Shown here piece after piece: positions 31,620 to 41,513 of a stretch of 64,000 nucleotides of DNA. Position numbers and translations under genes: made by a program. Below the pieces are notes generated by a model. The model ran no database searches. It saw nothing but the letters and a program-made list of their open reading frames with translations, and had not been told where the DNA came from. Origin of the DNA: Alphaproteobacteria bacterium. GTDB lineage: Bacteria; Pseudomonadota; Alphaproteobacteria; UBA828. The stretch lies in the NCBI GenBank assembly GCA_963667785.2, contig CAXXMU010000002.1, positions 288,001-352,000 on the forward strand, in the 5' to 3' direction. Within the stretch, counting starts at the first letter, position 1, and each line of letters starts with the position of its first letter.

Positions 31620-32177
31620 ATGGCCGATCCTGACCTTGACGACCTTGAACGCCGCATGAACGGCGCCGTCGAGGTCCTGCGGAGGGAGCTGGCAGGGCTG
31701 CGGACCGGGCGCGCGTCGCTGAGCCTGCTGGAGCCCATCACCGTCGAGGCCTACGAGACGGAGATGCCGCTCAACCAGCTCGCCACCATCAACATACCGG
31801 AGCCCCGCATGCTCACCGTCCAGGTCTGGGACCGGAGCCAGGTGAAGGCGGTGGAGAGGGCGATCCGCTCGTCGGATCTCGGGCTCAACCCGATCGTCGA
31901 CGGCCAGTCGCTCCGCATCCCGATTCCGGAGCTGAACGAGGAACGCCGCCGCGAACTCGCCAAAATTGCCGCGAAGTATGCCGAGCAGGCCAAGGTGGCG
32001 GCGCGGAACGTCCGGCGCGACGGCATGGACCAGCTCAAGAAGATGGAACGCGCCGGCGATCTGGGCGAGGACGAATCGCGGCTGTGGGCATCGGAGATCC
32101 AGGAGATGACCGACGGCATCGTCGAGAAGCTGACCGAGATGTTCGAGGCCAAGGAACGCGAGATCATGCAGGTCTAG
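31620..32177 (+). CDS. frr: Ribosome recycling factor
   Basis: [27 protein letters not shown]. Confidence 0.96.
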   Translation: MADPDLDDLERRMNGAVEVLRRELAGLRTGRASLSLLEPITVEAYETEMPLNQLATINIPEPRMLTVQVWDRSQVKAVERAIRSSDLGLNPIVDGQSLRIPIPELNEERRRELAKIAAKYAEQAKVAARNVRRDGMDQLKKMERAGDLGEDESRLWASEIQEMTDGIVEKLTEMFEAKEREIMQV

Positions 32178-32179
32178 AC

Positions 32180-32911
32180 ATGGCGCTCGCGCAGTCACTC
32201 GACGGAGAGAGCGCGGCTCTCCATGTCGGCATCATTCTGGACGGCAACGGGCGCTGGGCGCGGGCGCGCGGCCTGCCGCGAACCGCAGGGCACCGGCGCG
32301 GCGCCGAGGTCGTGCGGACGATCCTGAAGGGCTGCCCCGCCCGCGGGGTCCGCTATCTCACCATCTACGCGTTCTCCTCCGAGAACTGGAAGCGCCCCGT
32401 CGGCGAGGTCGCGGACCTCATGGGGCTGCTGCGCCTCTACCTCCGGCGCGAGGTCGCCGATCTGCGCGGCAACGGCGTGCGCATTGCCTTCATCGGCGAC
32501 CGCTCGCGGCTGAGCGCGGAGATCAACGCCCTGATCTGCGAGGCCGAGGAGAGCACCCGGCACAACGCCGAGCTGACGCTCACGGTCGCGCTCAACTATG
32601 GCGGGCGGCAGGAGATCGTCGATGCCGTCCGCCGCATCGCCGAGCAGGTCCGCGACGGCGCGCTCGATCCGGACGCGCTCTCCGAGGAGACGTTCCAGCA
32701 TCACCTCCAGACCCGCGACCTGCCGGACCTCGACCTGGTGATCCGCACCAGCGGCGAGCAGCGCCTCAGCAACTTCCTGCTGTGGCAGTCGGCCTATACC
32801 GAGCTCGTCTTCGTGCCGACCCTCTGGCCCGACTTCACCCTCGACCACCTGGATCGGGCGATCGGCGAATTCCAGCGCCGCGAGCGCCGCTACGGCGGGG
32901 CGCGCGGGTAG
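32180..32911 (+). CDS. uppS: Isoprenyl transferase (undecaprenyl diphosphate synthase)
   Basis: HVGIILDGNGRWA, YAFSSENWKRP, NYGGRQEI, RTSGEQRLSNFLLWQ. Confidence 0.96.
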   Translation: MALAQSLDGESAALHVGIILDGNGRWARARGLPRTAGHRRGAEVVRTILKGCPARGVRYLTIYAFSSENWKRPVGEVADLMGLLRLYLRREVADLRGNGVRIAFIGDRSRLSAEINALICEAEESTRHNAELTLTVALNYGGRQEIVDAVRRIAEQVRDGALDPDALSEETFQHHLQTRDLPDLDLVIRTSGEQRLSNFLLWQSAYTELVFVPTLWPDFTLDHLDRAIGEFQRRERRYGGARG

Positions 32912-32963
32912 GCGGCTGGGCCGGTATGGGGCGGCGCGTGCGACGCGTGACGGCCGGCCGGCG

Positions 32964-34385
32964 ATGACTCCCTCCACCCGCACGCTCTGCACCATCACCG
33001 CCGGCGAGGCGCTTGCCGCGTTCAGGGCCGGCACGCTCTCGCCCGTGGCGCTGATGGAAGCCACGCTCGCGCGCATCGACGCCGTCAACCCGAAGCTCAA
33101 CGCCTTCACGGCGGTTCATGCCGAGCGCGCGCTCGCCCAAGCGCGCGCGGCGGCCGCCGCCTACGCCGACGGAACGGCGCGGCCGCTGGAAGGGATCCCC
33201 GTCGCCATCAAGGACTTCCACGCCGTCGCCGGCGAGCGCACCACCTTCGGCTCGAAGGCGTTCGCCGAGCACCGGCCCGACCGTTCCGCGCCCACCGTGG
33301 CCCGCCTGCTCGACGCCGGCGCCATCATGCACGCGCGCACCACCACGCCGGAGTTCGCCTACGCGCCCACCACCGCGAGCCCGCTCTGGGGTATCACCCG
33401 CAACCCGTGGAGCCTGGAGCACGCGCCCGGCGGCTCGTCCGGCGGCGCGGGCGCAGCGCTCGCGGCCGGCATGACGATGCTCGCCGACGGCACCGATGCG
33501 GGCGGCTCCGTGCGCATACCGGCGGCGGCCTGCCACGTCGTCGGCTACAAGCCGCCCTTCGGGCGCAACCCGCTGGACCGCGACCACCCCATCGAATCGC
33601 TGCTCCACTACGGGCCGATGACGCGCAGCGTCGGCGATGCCGCGCTGATGCAGAACGTCATGTCGGGCGTGCACGGCGACGACATGTGTTCGCTCAGGGA
33701 GCGGGTCGTGCTGTCCGAGAGCTTCCCGCCCGTCGCGGGCTGGACGGTCGCCGTCTCCATGGACCTCGGCATGTTCGAAATCGACCCGGAGGTCGCCCGC
33801 AACACGGAGGCGGCCGTGGAGGTCTTCCGCCGCCTCGGCTGCACCGTCCGCGAGGTGACGCCGGACTGGGGCGGGTTCGATCTGCCGCACCCCTATCTCC
33901 GCTACTGGGAGGGCATGGCCGCATCGAGCCTCGGCGGGATGCTGGACGAGTGGCGGGACGCCATGGACCCTTACATGGTCCGCATCATCGAGAACGGCCT
34001 CTCGCACTCGGCGGAGACGATGTACCGCTGCGCCGTCGTGCGCGGCGCCATGTACCGCTCGCTCGCGCCGATCCTGGAGAGCTGCGACGTGCTGGTCTGC
34101 CCCGCGCTCGCCGTGCCCACGGTGGCGGCGGAGCACGACTGCGGGGCGGAGGATTTCCGGGTCAACGGCAAGCCGGTCCACGCCTATCTCGGCTGGAACC
34201 TCTGCTACCCCTTCAACATGGTGAGCCAGTGCCCGGTGATCGCGGTGCCGAGCGGTCTGACCCAGGCGGGCCTGCCCACGGGCATCCAGATCGTCGGCCG
34301 CACCTACGACGACGCCAGCGTCTTCCAGGCCGCTGCGGCCTACGAGGCGGCGAGCCCCTGGCGCGAGGTGTTCCCCCCGCTCTGA
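32964..34385 (+). CDS. Amidase-signature family amidase
   Basis: Lys-cisSer-Ser triad: AIKD, PGGSSGG, GTDAGGSVRIPA. Also GLPTGIQIVG. Confidence 0.92.
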   Translation: MTPSTRTLCTITAGEALAAFRAGTLSPVALMEATLARIDAVNPKLNAFTAVHAERALAQARAAAAAYADGTARPLEGIPVAIKDFHAVAGERTTFGSKAFAEHRPDRSAPTVARLLDAGAIMHARTTTPEFAYAPTTASPLWGITRNPWSLEHAPGGSSGGAGAALAAGMTMLADGTDAGGSVRIPAAACHVVGYKPPFGRNPLDRDHPIESLLHYGPMTRSVGDAALMQNVMSGVHGDDMCSLRERVVLSESFPPVAGWTVAVSMDLGMFEIDPEVARNTEAAVEVFRRLGCTVREVTPDWGGFDLPHPYLRYWEGMAASSLGGMLDEWRDAMDPYMVRIIENGLSHSAETMYRCAVVRGAMYRSLAPILESCDVLVCPALAVPTVAAEHDCGAEDFRVNGKPVHAYLGWNLCYPFNMVSQCPVIAVPSGLTQAGLPTGIQIVGRTYDDASVFQAAAAYEAASPWREVFPPL

Positions 34386-34434
34386 CCAGCGGCACGGGGG
34401 CGCGGCGCGCGGGCAAGAGAGTTAGGATCGGACC

Positions 34435-35754
34435 ATGACCCAGGACCTGCTGGCCCGCGACGGGCGTGCCATCGCCGACATCGAGCGGATTCGCTTCTTC
34501 CCGGCGACGACGGTGGGGGGCGAGGGCTCTTACGTGATCGAGGCGGATGGCCGGCGGGTGCTCGACTTCAGCGCCTCGTGGGGCGCGGCCAGCCTCGGCT
34601 ACGGCCACCCGGCGGTGGCCGAGGCGGTCAGCGAGGCCGTCGGCAACATGGGGGCGATCAGCCTTGCCTCCTGCGCCATCGGGCACGCCGTCGACTTGGC
34701 GGAGGACCTGCTGGCGCACTTTCCCGACGGCAGCGAGCGGCGGGTCTGGTTCGGCCACGCGGGCTCCGACGCCAACGACACCGTGGTGCGTCTGATCGAG
34801 GCCGCCTCGCCCCGCCGCGGCATCCTCTCCTTCGTCGGCGCCTATCACGGCGGCAGCGCCGCCTCGATGTCGGTGTCGGGCCACAGCTCGCAGACCCACG
34901 CGCCGGCGCGTCCCGGGCTCTCCCGCCTGCCCTATCCGGATCCCTATCGTCCGCAGTTCGAGCCCGACCTCGTCGCCGGCGCCTTGGCTGATCTCGACCG
35001 GCTCTTCGAGAGCGAGATCAGGCCGGAGGAGGTCGCCGCCGTCTTCATCGAGCCAATCCAGTCGGACGGCGGCGTCATCGTGCCGCCGCCCGGTTTCCTC
35101 AAGGGGCTGGAGGAGCGCTGCCGGGCTCACGGCATTCTGATCGTCGTCGACGAGGTCAAGGTGGGCGTGGGGCGGACGGGCCTCTATCACGCCTTCGAGG
35201 ACGAGGGGCTTACCCCCGACATCGTCGTCTACGGCAAGGGTCTGGGCGGCGGCCTGCCGATCTCGGCCGTGGTCGGCCCGGCGGAGCTGATGAACCTGCA
35301 GCCGGCCTTCGCCATCATGACCGCCGCCGGCAACCCCGTGTGCGCCGCCGCCGGCCGCGCCGTGCTGCGCACCATCGAGGAAGAGAATCTGACTGCGAAC
35401 GCCGCCCGCATGGGCGAGCACCTGCAGGCGGGTCTGGCCAGGCTCGCCCAGCGCCACGCGTTGATCGGCCACGTGCGAGGGCGCGGGCTTACCGTGGGCG
35501 TCGAGCTCGTCCGCGACCCGGCGACCAAGGAGCCCGCACGCGCCGAGACCGCGAAGGTCGCGTTCCGCGCCCACCAGCTCGGGCTGGTTTTCTATTACGT
35601 CGGCATGGAATCCAACGTGCTCGAGCTCACGCCGCCGCTCACCATCTCCGAAGACGAGATCGACGAGGGTCTCGCGATCCTCGACCGGGCGCTGGAGGAC
35701 GTGGCGGCGGGCCGGGTCTCCGACGAGGACGTGGCCGCCTTCGCCGGCTGGTAG
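34435..35754 (+). CDS. Alpha-amino-epsilon-caprolactam / amino-acid amide racemase (PLP fold I, class III aminotransferase family)
   Basis: End-to-end resemblance to Achromobacter obae ACL racemase as I recall it: RFFP, WGAASLGYGHP, WFGH.GSDAN, PYPDPYRP, FIEPIQSDGG, DEVKVG, GKGLGGGLP, YYVGM..NVLE.TPPL, terminal FAGW. Confidence 0.8.
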   Translation: MTQDLLARDGRAIADIERIRFFPATTVGGEGSYVIEADGRRVLDFSASWGAASLGYGHPAVAEAVSEAVGNMGAISLASCAIGHAVDLAEDLLAHFPDGSERRVWFGHAGSDANDTVVRLIEAASPRRGILSFVGAYHGGSAASMSVSGHSSQTHAPARPGLSRLPYPDPYRPQFEPDLVAGALADLDRLFESEIRPEEVAAVFIEPIQSDGGVIVPPPGFLKGLEERCRAHGILIVVDEVKVGVGRTGLYHAFEDEGLTPDIVVYGKGLGGGLPISAVVGPAELMNLQPAFAIMTAAGNPVCAAAGRAVLRTIEEENLTANAARMGEHLQAGLARLAQRHALIGHVRGRGLTVGVELVRDPATKEPARAETAKVAFRAHQLGLVFYYVGMESNVLELTPPLTISEDEIDEGLAILDRALEDVAAGRVSDEDVAAFAGW

Positions 35755-35788
35755 CCGCTGGCAGCCGTGTCGCGGCCGCGCGCCCTCC

Positions 35789-36784
35789 TCAGCTCGGTGC
35801 GCAGACCCTGATGGTGGTCTCGACCATCGCCCTGGCGTCGGGGCCGGCGGCCATCGGCGCGATCAGCGGCAGGTCAATGCCCGACGCGTGATAGGCCGCG
35901 ATCCGCTCGCGGCAGCGCGCGGGCGTGCCGGCGATGCAGACCGAATCGATGTGCGCGTCGCTCACCGCCCGTATCGCGGCATCGTGGTCGCCGCGCGCCC
36001 AGGCCTCGGCGATCGTCGCCGCCTCGTCGCCGAAGCCCTGGTCCACCGCCACCCGGTTGTAGCGGGGGAAGAACCCCGTATACATCGCGACGCCGGGCCT
36101 GAGCGCGTCGAACGCGTCCGCCGGATCGTCGGCGGCTGCGGTCGGGATGAGCGAGGTGACGTCGACCGCGCTCGCGTCGCGTCCGGCCCTCCCGGCGCCC
36201 GCCGCGATATGCCGGCGCGCCTCGGCAGCAGTATCGAGGGTGGTGAAGACCATGATCAGGCCGTCGGCCTCCTCCCCGCAGACCCCCATCATCTTGGGGA
36301 AGACGCCGGAGAAGTAGATCGGCAGGCTGGGGCGGTACGGTTGGAACCAGAGCTCGTAGTTCTCGATCGAGACGGTCTCACCCTGGAAGGAGACCCGGCC
36401 GTCCCTGAGCAGGCGGCGCACGACCTCGGCGGTCTCCCGCACCCGCGTCACCGGCTTGGCGTAGGGGACGCCGTGCTCGGGCTCGACCTGGACCTTGTGG
36501 CTGGAGCCGAGGCCGAGGATGAAGCGGCCGCCGGAGAGCTGGTCGACCACCGCCGCCGACATCGCGATGGTCGGCGCCGAGCGCACGAAGACGCTGGAGA
36601 TGCAGGTGCCGAGCGCGACCCTCTCGGTCTGCGCCGCGACCGCGGACAGCACCGCGAACTGATCGCCGCCGTGCCCCTCCGCCATCCACACCGAGTCGTA
36701 GCCCAGCTCTTCGGCGAGGCGCGCGCAGCCCACGATCTCCGACGCGTTCAGCCCGGCCGAGAACGCGACGCCGACCCTGCCCAT
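35789..36784 (-). CDS. LLM-class flavin/F420-dependent oxidoreductase
   Basis: AEELGYDSVWMAE, LSGGRFILGLG, GTPARCRERIAAY. Confidence 0.87.
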   Translation of the reverse strand: MGRVGVAFSAGLNASEIVGCARLAEELGYDSVWMAEGHGGDQFAVLSAVAAQTERVALGTCISSVFVRSAPTIAMSAAVVDQLSGGRFILGLGSSHKVQVEPEHGVPYAKPVTRVRETAEVVRRLLRDGRVSFQGETVSIENYELWFQPYRPSLPIYFSGVFPKMMGVCGEEADGLIMVFTTLDTAAEARRHIAAGAGRAGRDASAVDVTSLIPTAAADDPADAFDALRPGVAMYTGFFPRYNRVAVDQGFGDEAATIAEAWARGDHDAAIRAVSDAHIDSVCIAGTPARCRERIAAYHASGIDLPLIAPMAAGPDARAMVETTIRVCAPS

Positions 36785-36909
36785 GCCCTCTCTCCCCGGC
36801 TGTTCGGTTGCCACGAGCCGCCCGCGATCGTACAGAGAGCGGGAGGCAAATCCAAACCCGCCGGGGCCGACGGCGTCCCTCCGGCGGGCGCAGACGCGGG
36901 CAGGCACGA

Positions 36910-38334
36910 ATGAGCGGGACCATGGGCAGGCACACTGGCGGATATCTGATTGCGGGCGCGCGGCTCCTCGACGGGACCGGCGCCGCGCCGGCAGACGGCG
37001 TCTCCGTCCTCGTGGAAGGCAACCGCATCCGCAAGATCGGCCCCGATGCCGAGGTCGCGGCCGCGGCCGAGACCCTCGGCGGCTACGAGGTCATCGACGC
37101 CGCTGGTCGCACCGTCATGCCGGGCATGATCGACGGCCACTGCCACATCTCCTACGGCGACATCCTGTCGTTCGAGGAGCTCGACCTCTATGCGGGCGTG
37201 GAGTACCGCACGCTCCGCGCCGCCAACAACGCGCGCAAGGTGCTGCGCGCAGGCGTCACCGCGTTCTCCGATCCGGGGTCCACCTGGAACATCTCGGTGG
37301 CGGTCCGCGATGCCGTCAATGCGGGCCTGATCGAGGGGCCGCGCATGGCGTCTGCCGGGCGCTACATCACCACCTACAACGCGATCGGCTCGCCCTGGCC
37401 GTCCTGGATGGAGCACCCGAAGTCGTCGTTCGCCGTGCTCTGCAACACGCGCGACGAGATGGTCACGGAGGTGCGCCGCGAGATCAAGGACGGCGTCGAC
37501 ATCGTCAAGGTGGCCGGCGACGGCGACGTGCTGACCGGCGAGGCGGAGCTAGCCGGCAGCATCGGCCTCGACGACTTGCATGCCATCGCCGAGGTCACCC
37601 ACCGGCTCGGCAAGGTCTGCACCATCCATGCCCGCTCGGGCCGCGCGGCGGCCGATGCGATCCGCGCCGGCTTCGACTGGATCATCCACGGCTCCTACAT
37701 GTCGGACGAGGATCTGGACGTGCTCTTCCGCAACCCGACGCCGCTGATCCCGACTTTCTCACTGCTCGCGAACACGCTGGACTGGGGGCCGGATCTCGGC
37801 TGCTCGGACTTCATCCTCGATGCCTACAAGGACGAGGTCGAGCGCCTCGCCGCCGTCGTCGCCCGCGCGCATGACGAGGGGATCACCATCATCGCCGGCA
37901 CCGACAGCGGCCAGGGCTCGGTCCCCTACGGCGAGTGGCACGCGCGCGAGATGGAGCACCTGATGACCTACGGCGGGCTCAGCGCCATGGAGGCGATCCG
38001 CGCGGGCACCGCCAACGCGGCGCTGACGCTCGGCATGGAGGACGAGATCGGCACGCTCGAGGAAGGCAAGCTCGCCGACATCCTGGTGGTGAACGGCGAT
38101 CCGCTCGCCGACATCGCGGTGCTGCAGGACAGGAGCCGGCTCGAGGTCGTGATGAAGGACGGCGCGGTGATCGACACCGATGCGCCGATCCCCGAGCCTG
38201 CCCCCTACAACTGGGAAAAGCCCATGCTCTACTGGCAGGACCCGCGCATGCCGACCCAGGCGTTCGTGCGCGAGCACGCGGCCAGCAAGCCCGGCTGGAT
38301 GCGGCCGGAGCGCCGCCTCGACGCGGCCGAGTAG
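36910..38334 (+). CDS. Metal-dependent amidohydrolase (prolidase/ochratoxinase-like subgroup)
   Basis: MPGMIDGHCH, GVDIVK, TIHA, IIHG, AGTDSG, GKLADILVV.GDPL. Confidence 0.87.
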   Translation: MSGTMGRHTGGYLIAGARLLDGTGAAPADGVSVLVEGNRIRKIGPDAEVAAAAETLGGYEVIDAAGRTVMPGMIDGHCHISYGDILSFEELDLYAGVEYRTLRAANNARKVLRAGVTAFSDPGSTWNISVAVRDAVNAGLIEGPRMASAGRYITTYNAIGSPWPSWMEHPKSSFAVLCNTRDEMVTEVRREIKDGVDIVKVAGDGDVLTGEAELAGSIGLDDLHAIAEVTHRLGKVCTIHARSGRAAADAIRAGFDWIIHGSYMSDEDLDVLFRNPTPLIPTFSLLANTLDWGPDLGCSDFILDAYKDEVERLAAVVARAHDEGITIIAGTDSGQGSVPYGEWHAREMEHLMTYGGLSAMEAIRAGTANAALTLGMEDEIGTLEEGKLADILVVNGDPLADIAVLQDRSRLEVVMKDGAVIDTDAPIPEPAPYNWEKPMLYWQDPRMPTQAFVREHAASKPGWMRPERRLDAAE

Positions 38335-38360
38335 CCAACGAGTAGGGGAGAGCCCGCCTT

Positions 38361-39566
38361 TCAGCGCCGGAGCGACGGGGCCGCGCGCGGCGGGAACTCG
38401 GGCAGCGGACACTCCGGCGGCATGCCGGCGTCGTCGCGGTAGTCGAACCAGCCCCAGACGGCCCAGTGGTCGGAGAGGTCGCAGTAGTCCTCTCCCCGCA
38501 CCACCGAGAACAGCGTGCGGTCCTCGAAGTCGTAGAGGGTGCGGAAGACCATGGGGCAGTTGTGGCTGTGGGTCGGCTCCCGCCAGCCCTTCTTGGCGAG
38601 GACGTAATCGACGTAGCCGTTGCCGCGCCGCGCCCACTCGCTCTGCGATTCGCGGGTGTAGCGGTGGCCGGGGAAGGCCGGCGCCAGCACGCCCAGCGTA
38701 TCGTCGTCCAGCAGGCTGCTGAACTCGTGGCGCAGCACGTTGAAGTCGCCGCCGACGATGACGGGCTCGGAGCGCGGGATTCCCGATTCATCCTCGATGA
38801 AGCGCCCGATGGCGCGTAGCTGCGCCTGCTTCGCCGTGCGCTGCTCCGGGCTCCAGCCGAACTGCGCGTGGGTGCCGATGACGTGGTAGGGCCGGGCACC
38901 CTTGTCGATCCGCGCATAGACGAAGCCCTTGGCCGCGTTGCAGTCGGGCTCGACGCAATCGGCGTAGACCCATTCGCTGGCGGCGCCGATGGGATGCTTG
39001 CTGGCGATGAGCACGCCGCCGTCCTCGGCGAACCAGCCGTCGCCCTCGCCGCCGCGTGGCGCGTCGCCGTCTCCGAGAGGCTGGTCGTAGACCCGGCCCT
39101 TCTCGCAGCTCCAGCCGGCGCGGCAGGCGCTGCCCAGGATGTGTGTCATGTGGCCGAAGCCTTGCTCCCTGAGCCCGTCGAGCAGCAGCGCGCGCGCACC
39201 GTCGTCATAAGCCTCCGACAGGATCACCACGTCGTAGGGGGCGAGGAAGGGCGGGATGCGCGCGGCCCGCTCCTCCTGCGCGATCGCGAAGCGCTCGCCC
39301 ATGAAGGGTATGGCGCGCACGTGCGAGGGCAGCAGGTAGACGTTGTAGGCGACGACGCTCAGCACCTCGTCGGAACTCGCCGGGGGCGGCAGGTGATTGA
39401 TGCCGGGGCCCGCGCACTCGCGCGCGGCTGCCGCGCCGCCGGCGAGTCCCAGCGTCAGGGCCGCGGCGAGGACGAGCGCGCCAGCCGCCCGTGCCGCCGC
39501 GCCCGCGCGGCGTGTCCGCATGGGAGGCCTGTCGACGGGAGGCATGTCGCGGCCTGGATGCTTCAT
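38361..39566 (-). CDS. Secreted sphingomyelin phosphodiesterase (sphingomyelinase C, EEP superfamily)
   Basis: Signal peptide, YNVYLLP, DVVILSEAYD, EDGGVLIASKHPI, KGFVYA, HVIGTHAQ, GGDFN, YVDYV, DLSDH. Start placed using an upstream GGAG; uncertain. Confidence 0.8.
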   Translation of the reverse strand: MKHPGRDMPPVDRPPMRTRRAGAAARAAGALVLAAALTLGLAGGAAAARECAGPGINHLPPPASSDEVLSVVAYNVYLLPSHVRAIPFMGERFAIAQEERAARIPPFLAPYDVVILSEAYDDGARALLLDGLREQGFGHMTHILGSACRAGWSCEKGRVYDQPLGDGDAPRGGEGDGWFAEDGGVLIASKHPIGAASEWVYADCVEPDCNAAKGFVYARIDKGARPYHVIGTHAQFGWSPEQRTAKQAQLRAIGRFIEDESGIPRSEPVIVGGDFNVLRHEFSSLLDDDTLGVLAPAFPGHRYTRESQSEWARRGNGYVDYVLAKKGWREPTHSHNCPMVFRTLYDFEDRTLFSVVRGEDYCDLSDHWAVWGWFDYRDDAGMPPECPLPEFPPRAAPSLRR

Positions 39567-39812
39567 CGCCTTGCTCCGTCCGACCGTCCCACAGTCGCCC
39601 GGCGCCGTGCCGTCACGAGGGCGGCGCGGGCCGGTCCTCCCTGAGCGGCAACAATCGCAACAAGTCCGTCGCATTGTCGATTCCGAATCTGCTGCGTCGG
39701 CGGCCGGGACGGCTCGCGCGATGGCGGCGGGCGGGCCGCGCCTGCTATGGTCGCGCATTGCCGGCCCGCGTGGTCGATAGGCGGCCGTCGGGCGGCGGGA
39801 GGAGTTCCGGGG

Positions 39813-40616
39813 ATGGCGCAGGCGGAGGCGTGGCGAGAGCATCTTCCCCTGGCGCACCGGCTCGCCGATGCGTCGGGCCCGGTCATCCTGCGCCACTTCC
39901 GGCAGCAGCTTCCGATCGAGGACAAGGACTACATCGACGGCTACTCGCCGGTGACGAAGGCCGATCGCGAGGCCGAGGCCGCGATCCGCGCGCTCATCAA
40001 CGAGACCTGCCCGGACCACGGCATCCTCGGCGAGGAATACGGGCACGAGCAGCCCGATGCTCGCTTCACCTGGGTCATCGATCCCATCGACGGCACCAAG
40101 GCGTTCATCTCCGGCATGACGACATGGGGCACGCTGATCGCGCTGCAGGATCGCGGCCGGGGCATCGTCGGCGTTCTCGACCAGCCCTTCCTCGGCGAGC
40201 GCTTCGTCGGCCATGGCGAGGGCGCCTGGCTGGGCGAGCGGCGGCTCGCGGTGCGGGACTGCCCCGATCTCGGGGCGGCGACCCTCTATGCGACCGAGCC
40301 CGACATGTTCGCATCCAGCGAGCGCGCCGCCTTCGACGCGCTTGCCGGCCGCGTCCGCCTGCGGCGCTTCGGCGCCGATTGCTACGCCTACGGGATGCTG
40401 GCGCTGGGTTTCGTCGACCTGGTGGTCGAGGCCAGCATGAAGCCCTGGGACATCGCGGCGCTGATCCCGGTCGTCGAGGGCGCGGGCGGTCTCGTGACGT
40501 CCTGGGAGGGCGGCCCGGTCGGGGCCGACGGCCGGGTTCTGGCGGTGGGCGACCGCCGCCTGCACCCGCCCGCGCTCGAGATCCTGGCGGGCGCCGGTGA
40601 ACCCGACGCCGCATGA
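39813..40616 (+). CDS. hisN: Histidinol-phosphatase (inositol monophosphatase family)
   Basis: SPVTKADREAE, HGILGEE, WVIDPIDGTKAF, GADCYAY, WDIAAL. Confidence 0.85.
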   Translation: MAQAEAWREHLPLAHRLADASGPVILRHFRQQLPIEDKDYIDGYSPVTKADREAEAAIRALINETCPDHGILGEEYGHEQPDARFTWVIDPIDGTKAFISGMTTWGTLIALQDRGRGIVGVLDQPFLGERFVGHGEGAWLGERRLAVRDCPDLGAATLYATEPDMFASSERAAFDALAGRVRLRRFGADCYAYGMLALGFVDLVVEASMKPWDIAALIPVVEGAGGLVTSWEGGPVGADGRVLAVGDRRLHPPALEILAGAGEPDAA

Positions 40617-40647
40617 CGATCCGGCGCAATAGCGGGGGACCGCGCTC

Positions 40648-41502
40648 ATGAAACCTGCCCCATTCGCCTATGTCAGGCCGGAACGCCTCGAAGACGCCAT
40701 CGGCGTGCTGGAGGAGCGCGGGGAGGGCGCGCGAGTCCTCGCCGGCGGCCAGAGCCTGATGGCCACCCTCAACATGCGGCTTTCCGCGCCCGAGATGCTG
40801 GTCGATATCGGCCGCGTGCCCGGCCTTGCGGGCATCGAGGCGACCGCGGACGGCCTTCGGATCGGCGCCATGACCCGCCACGCGGAAGTGGAGGCCTCGG
40901 ACCTCGTCGCCGCCCGGGCTCCGCTCATCGCCAGCGCCATGCCGCACATCGCCCATCCGGCGGTGCGCAATCGCGGCACGTTCGGCGGCTCCATCGCGTT
41001 CGCCGACCCGGCGGCCGAGCTTCCGGCCTGCGCGGTCGCCCTCGGCGCGCGGATGACGATTGCGGGGAAGGGCGGCAGCCGGACCGTGGAGGCGGACGCC
41101 TTCTTCCGGGGCCTCTACGAGACCGCTCTGGAGCCGGGCGAGGTGCTGACCGGAGTCGAGGTTCCGGGCATCGCTTCGGGCTGGAAGTCCGGCTTCATGG
41201 AACTGGCGCGGCGGCACGGCGACTACGCGATGCTCGGCCTCGCCGCCCATGTCGAGATGGAGGACGGCAAGTTCGGCCGCGGCCGCCTCGTGTTCTTCGG
41301 GGCGGGCGAGCGGCCCGTTTCCGCCGTGCGGAGCGCGGCGCTGCTCGAAGGCGAGAGATGGTCGGACGCCCTCGGCGCAAGCGTCGCCGACGCGCTCAGG
41401 GAGGAGCTCGACCCGTTCGAGGACCTGAATGCGGATGCGGCGATGCGCCGGCATCTCGCCGGGGTGCTCGCCAGGCGGGTGCTGGCTCCGCTGGCGGCCT
41501 GA
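40648..41502 (+). CDS. Xanthine dehydrogenase/CoxM family FAD-binding subunit
   Basis: MKPAPFAY, LAGGQSL, HPAVRNRGTFGGS..ADPAAE. Confidence 0.92.
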   Translation: MKPAPFAYVRPERLEDAIGVLEERGEGARVLAGGQSLMATLNMRLSAPEMLVDIGRVPGLAGIEATADGLRIGAMTRHAEVEASDLVAARAPLIASAMPHIAHPAVRNRGTFGGSIAFADPAAELPACAVALGARMTIAGKGGSRTVEADAFFRGLYETALEPGEVLTGVEVPGIASGWKSGFMELARRHGDYAMLGLAAHVEMEDGKFGRGRLVFFGAGERPVSAVRSAALLEGERWSDALGASVADALREELDPFEDLNADAAMRRHLAGVLARRVLAPLAA

Positions 41503-41513
41503 GGGAGGGGGGC

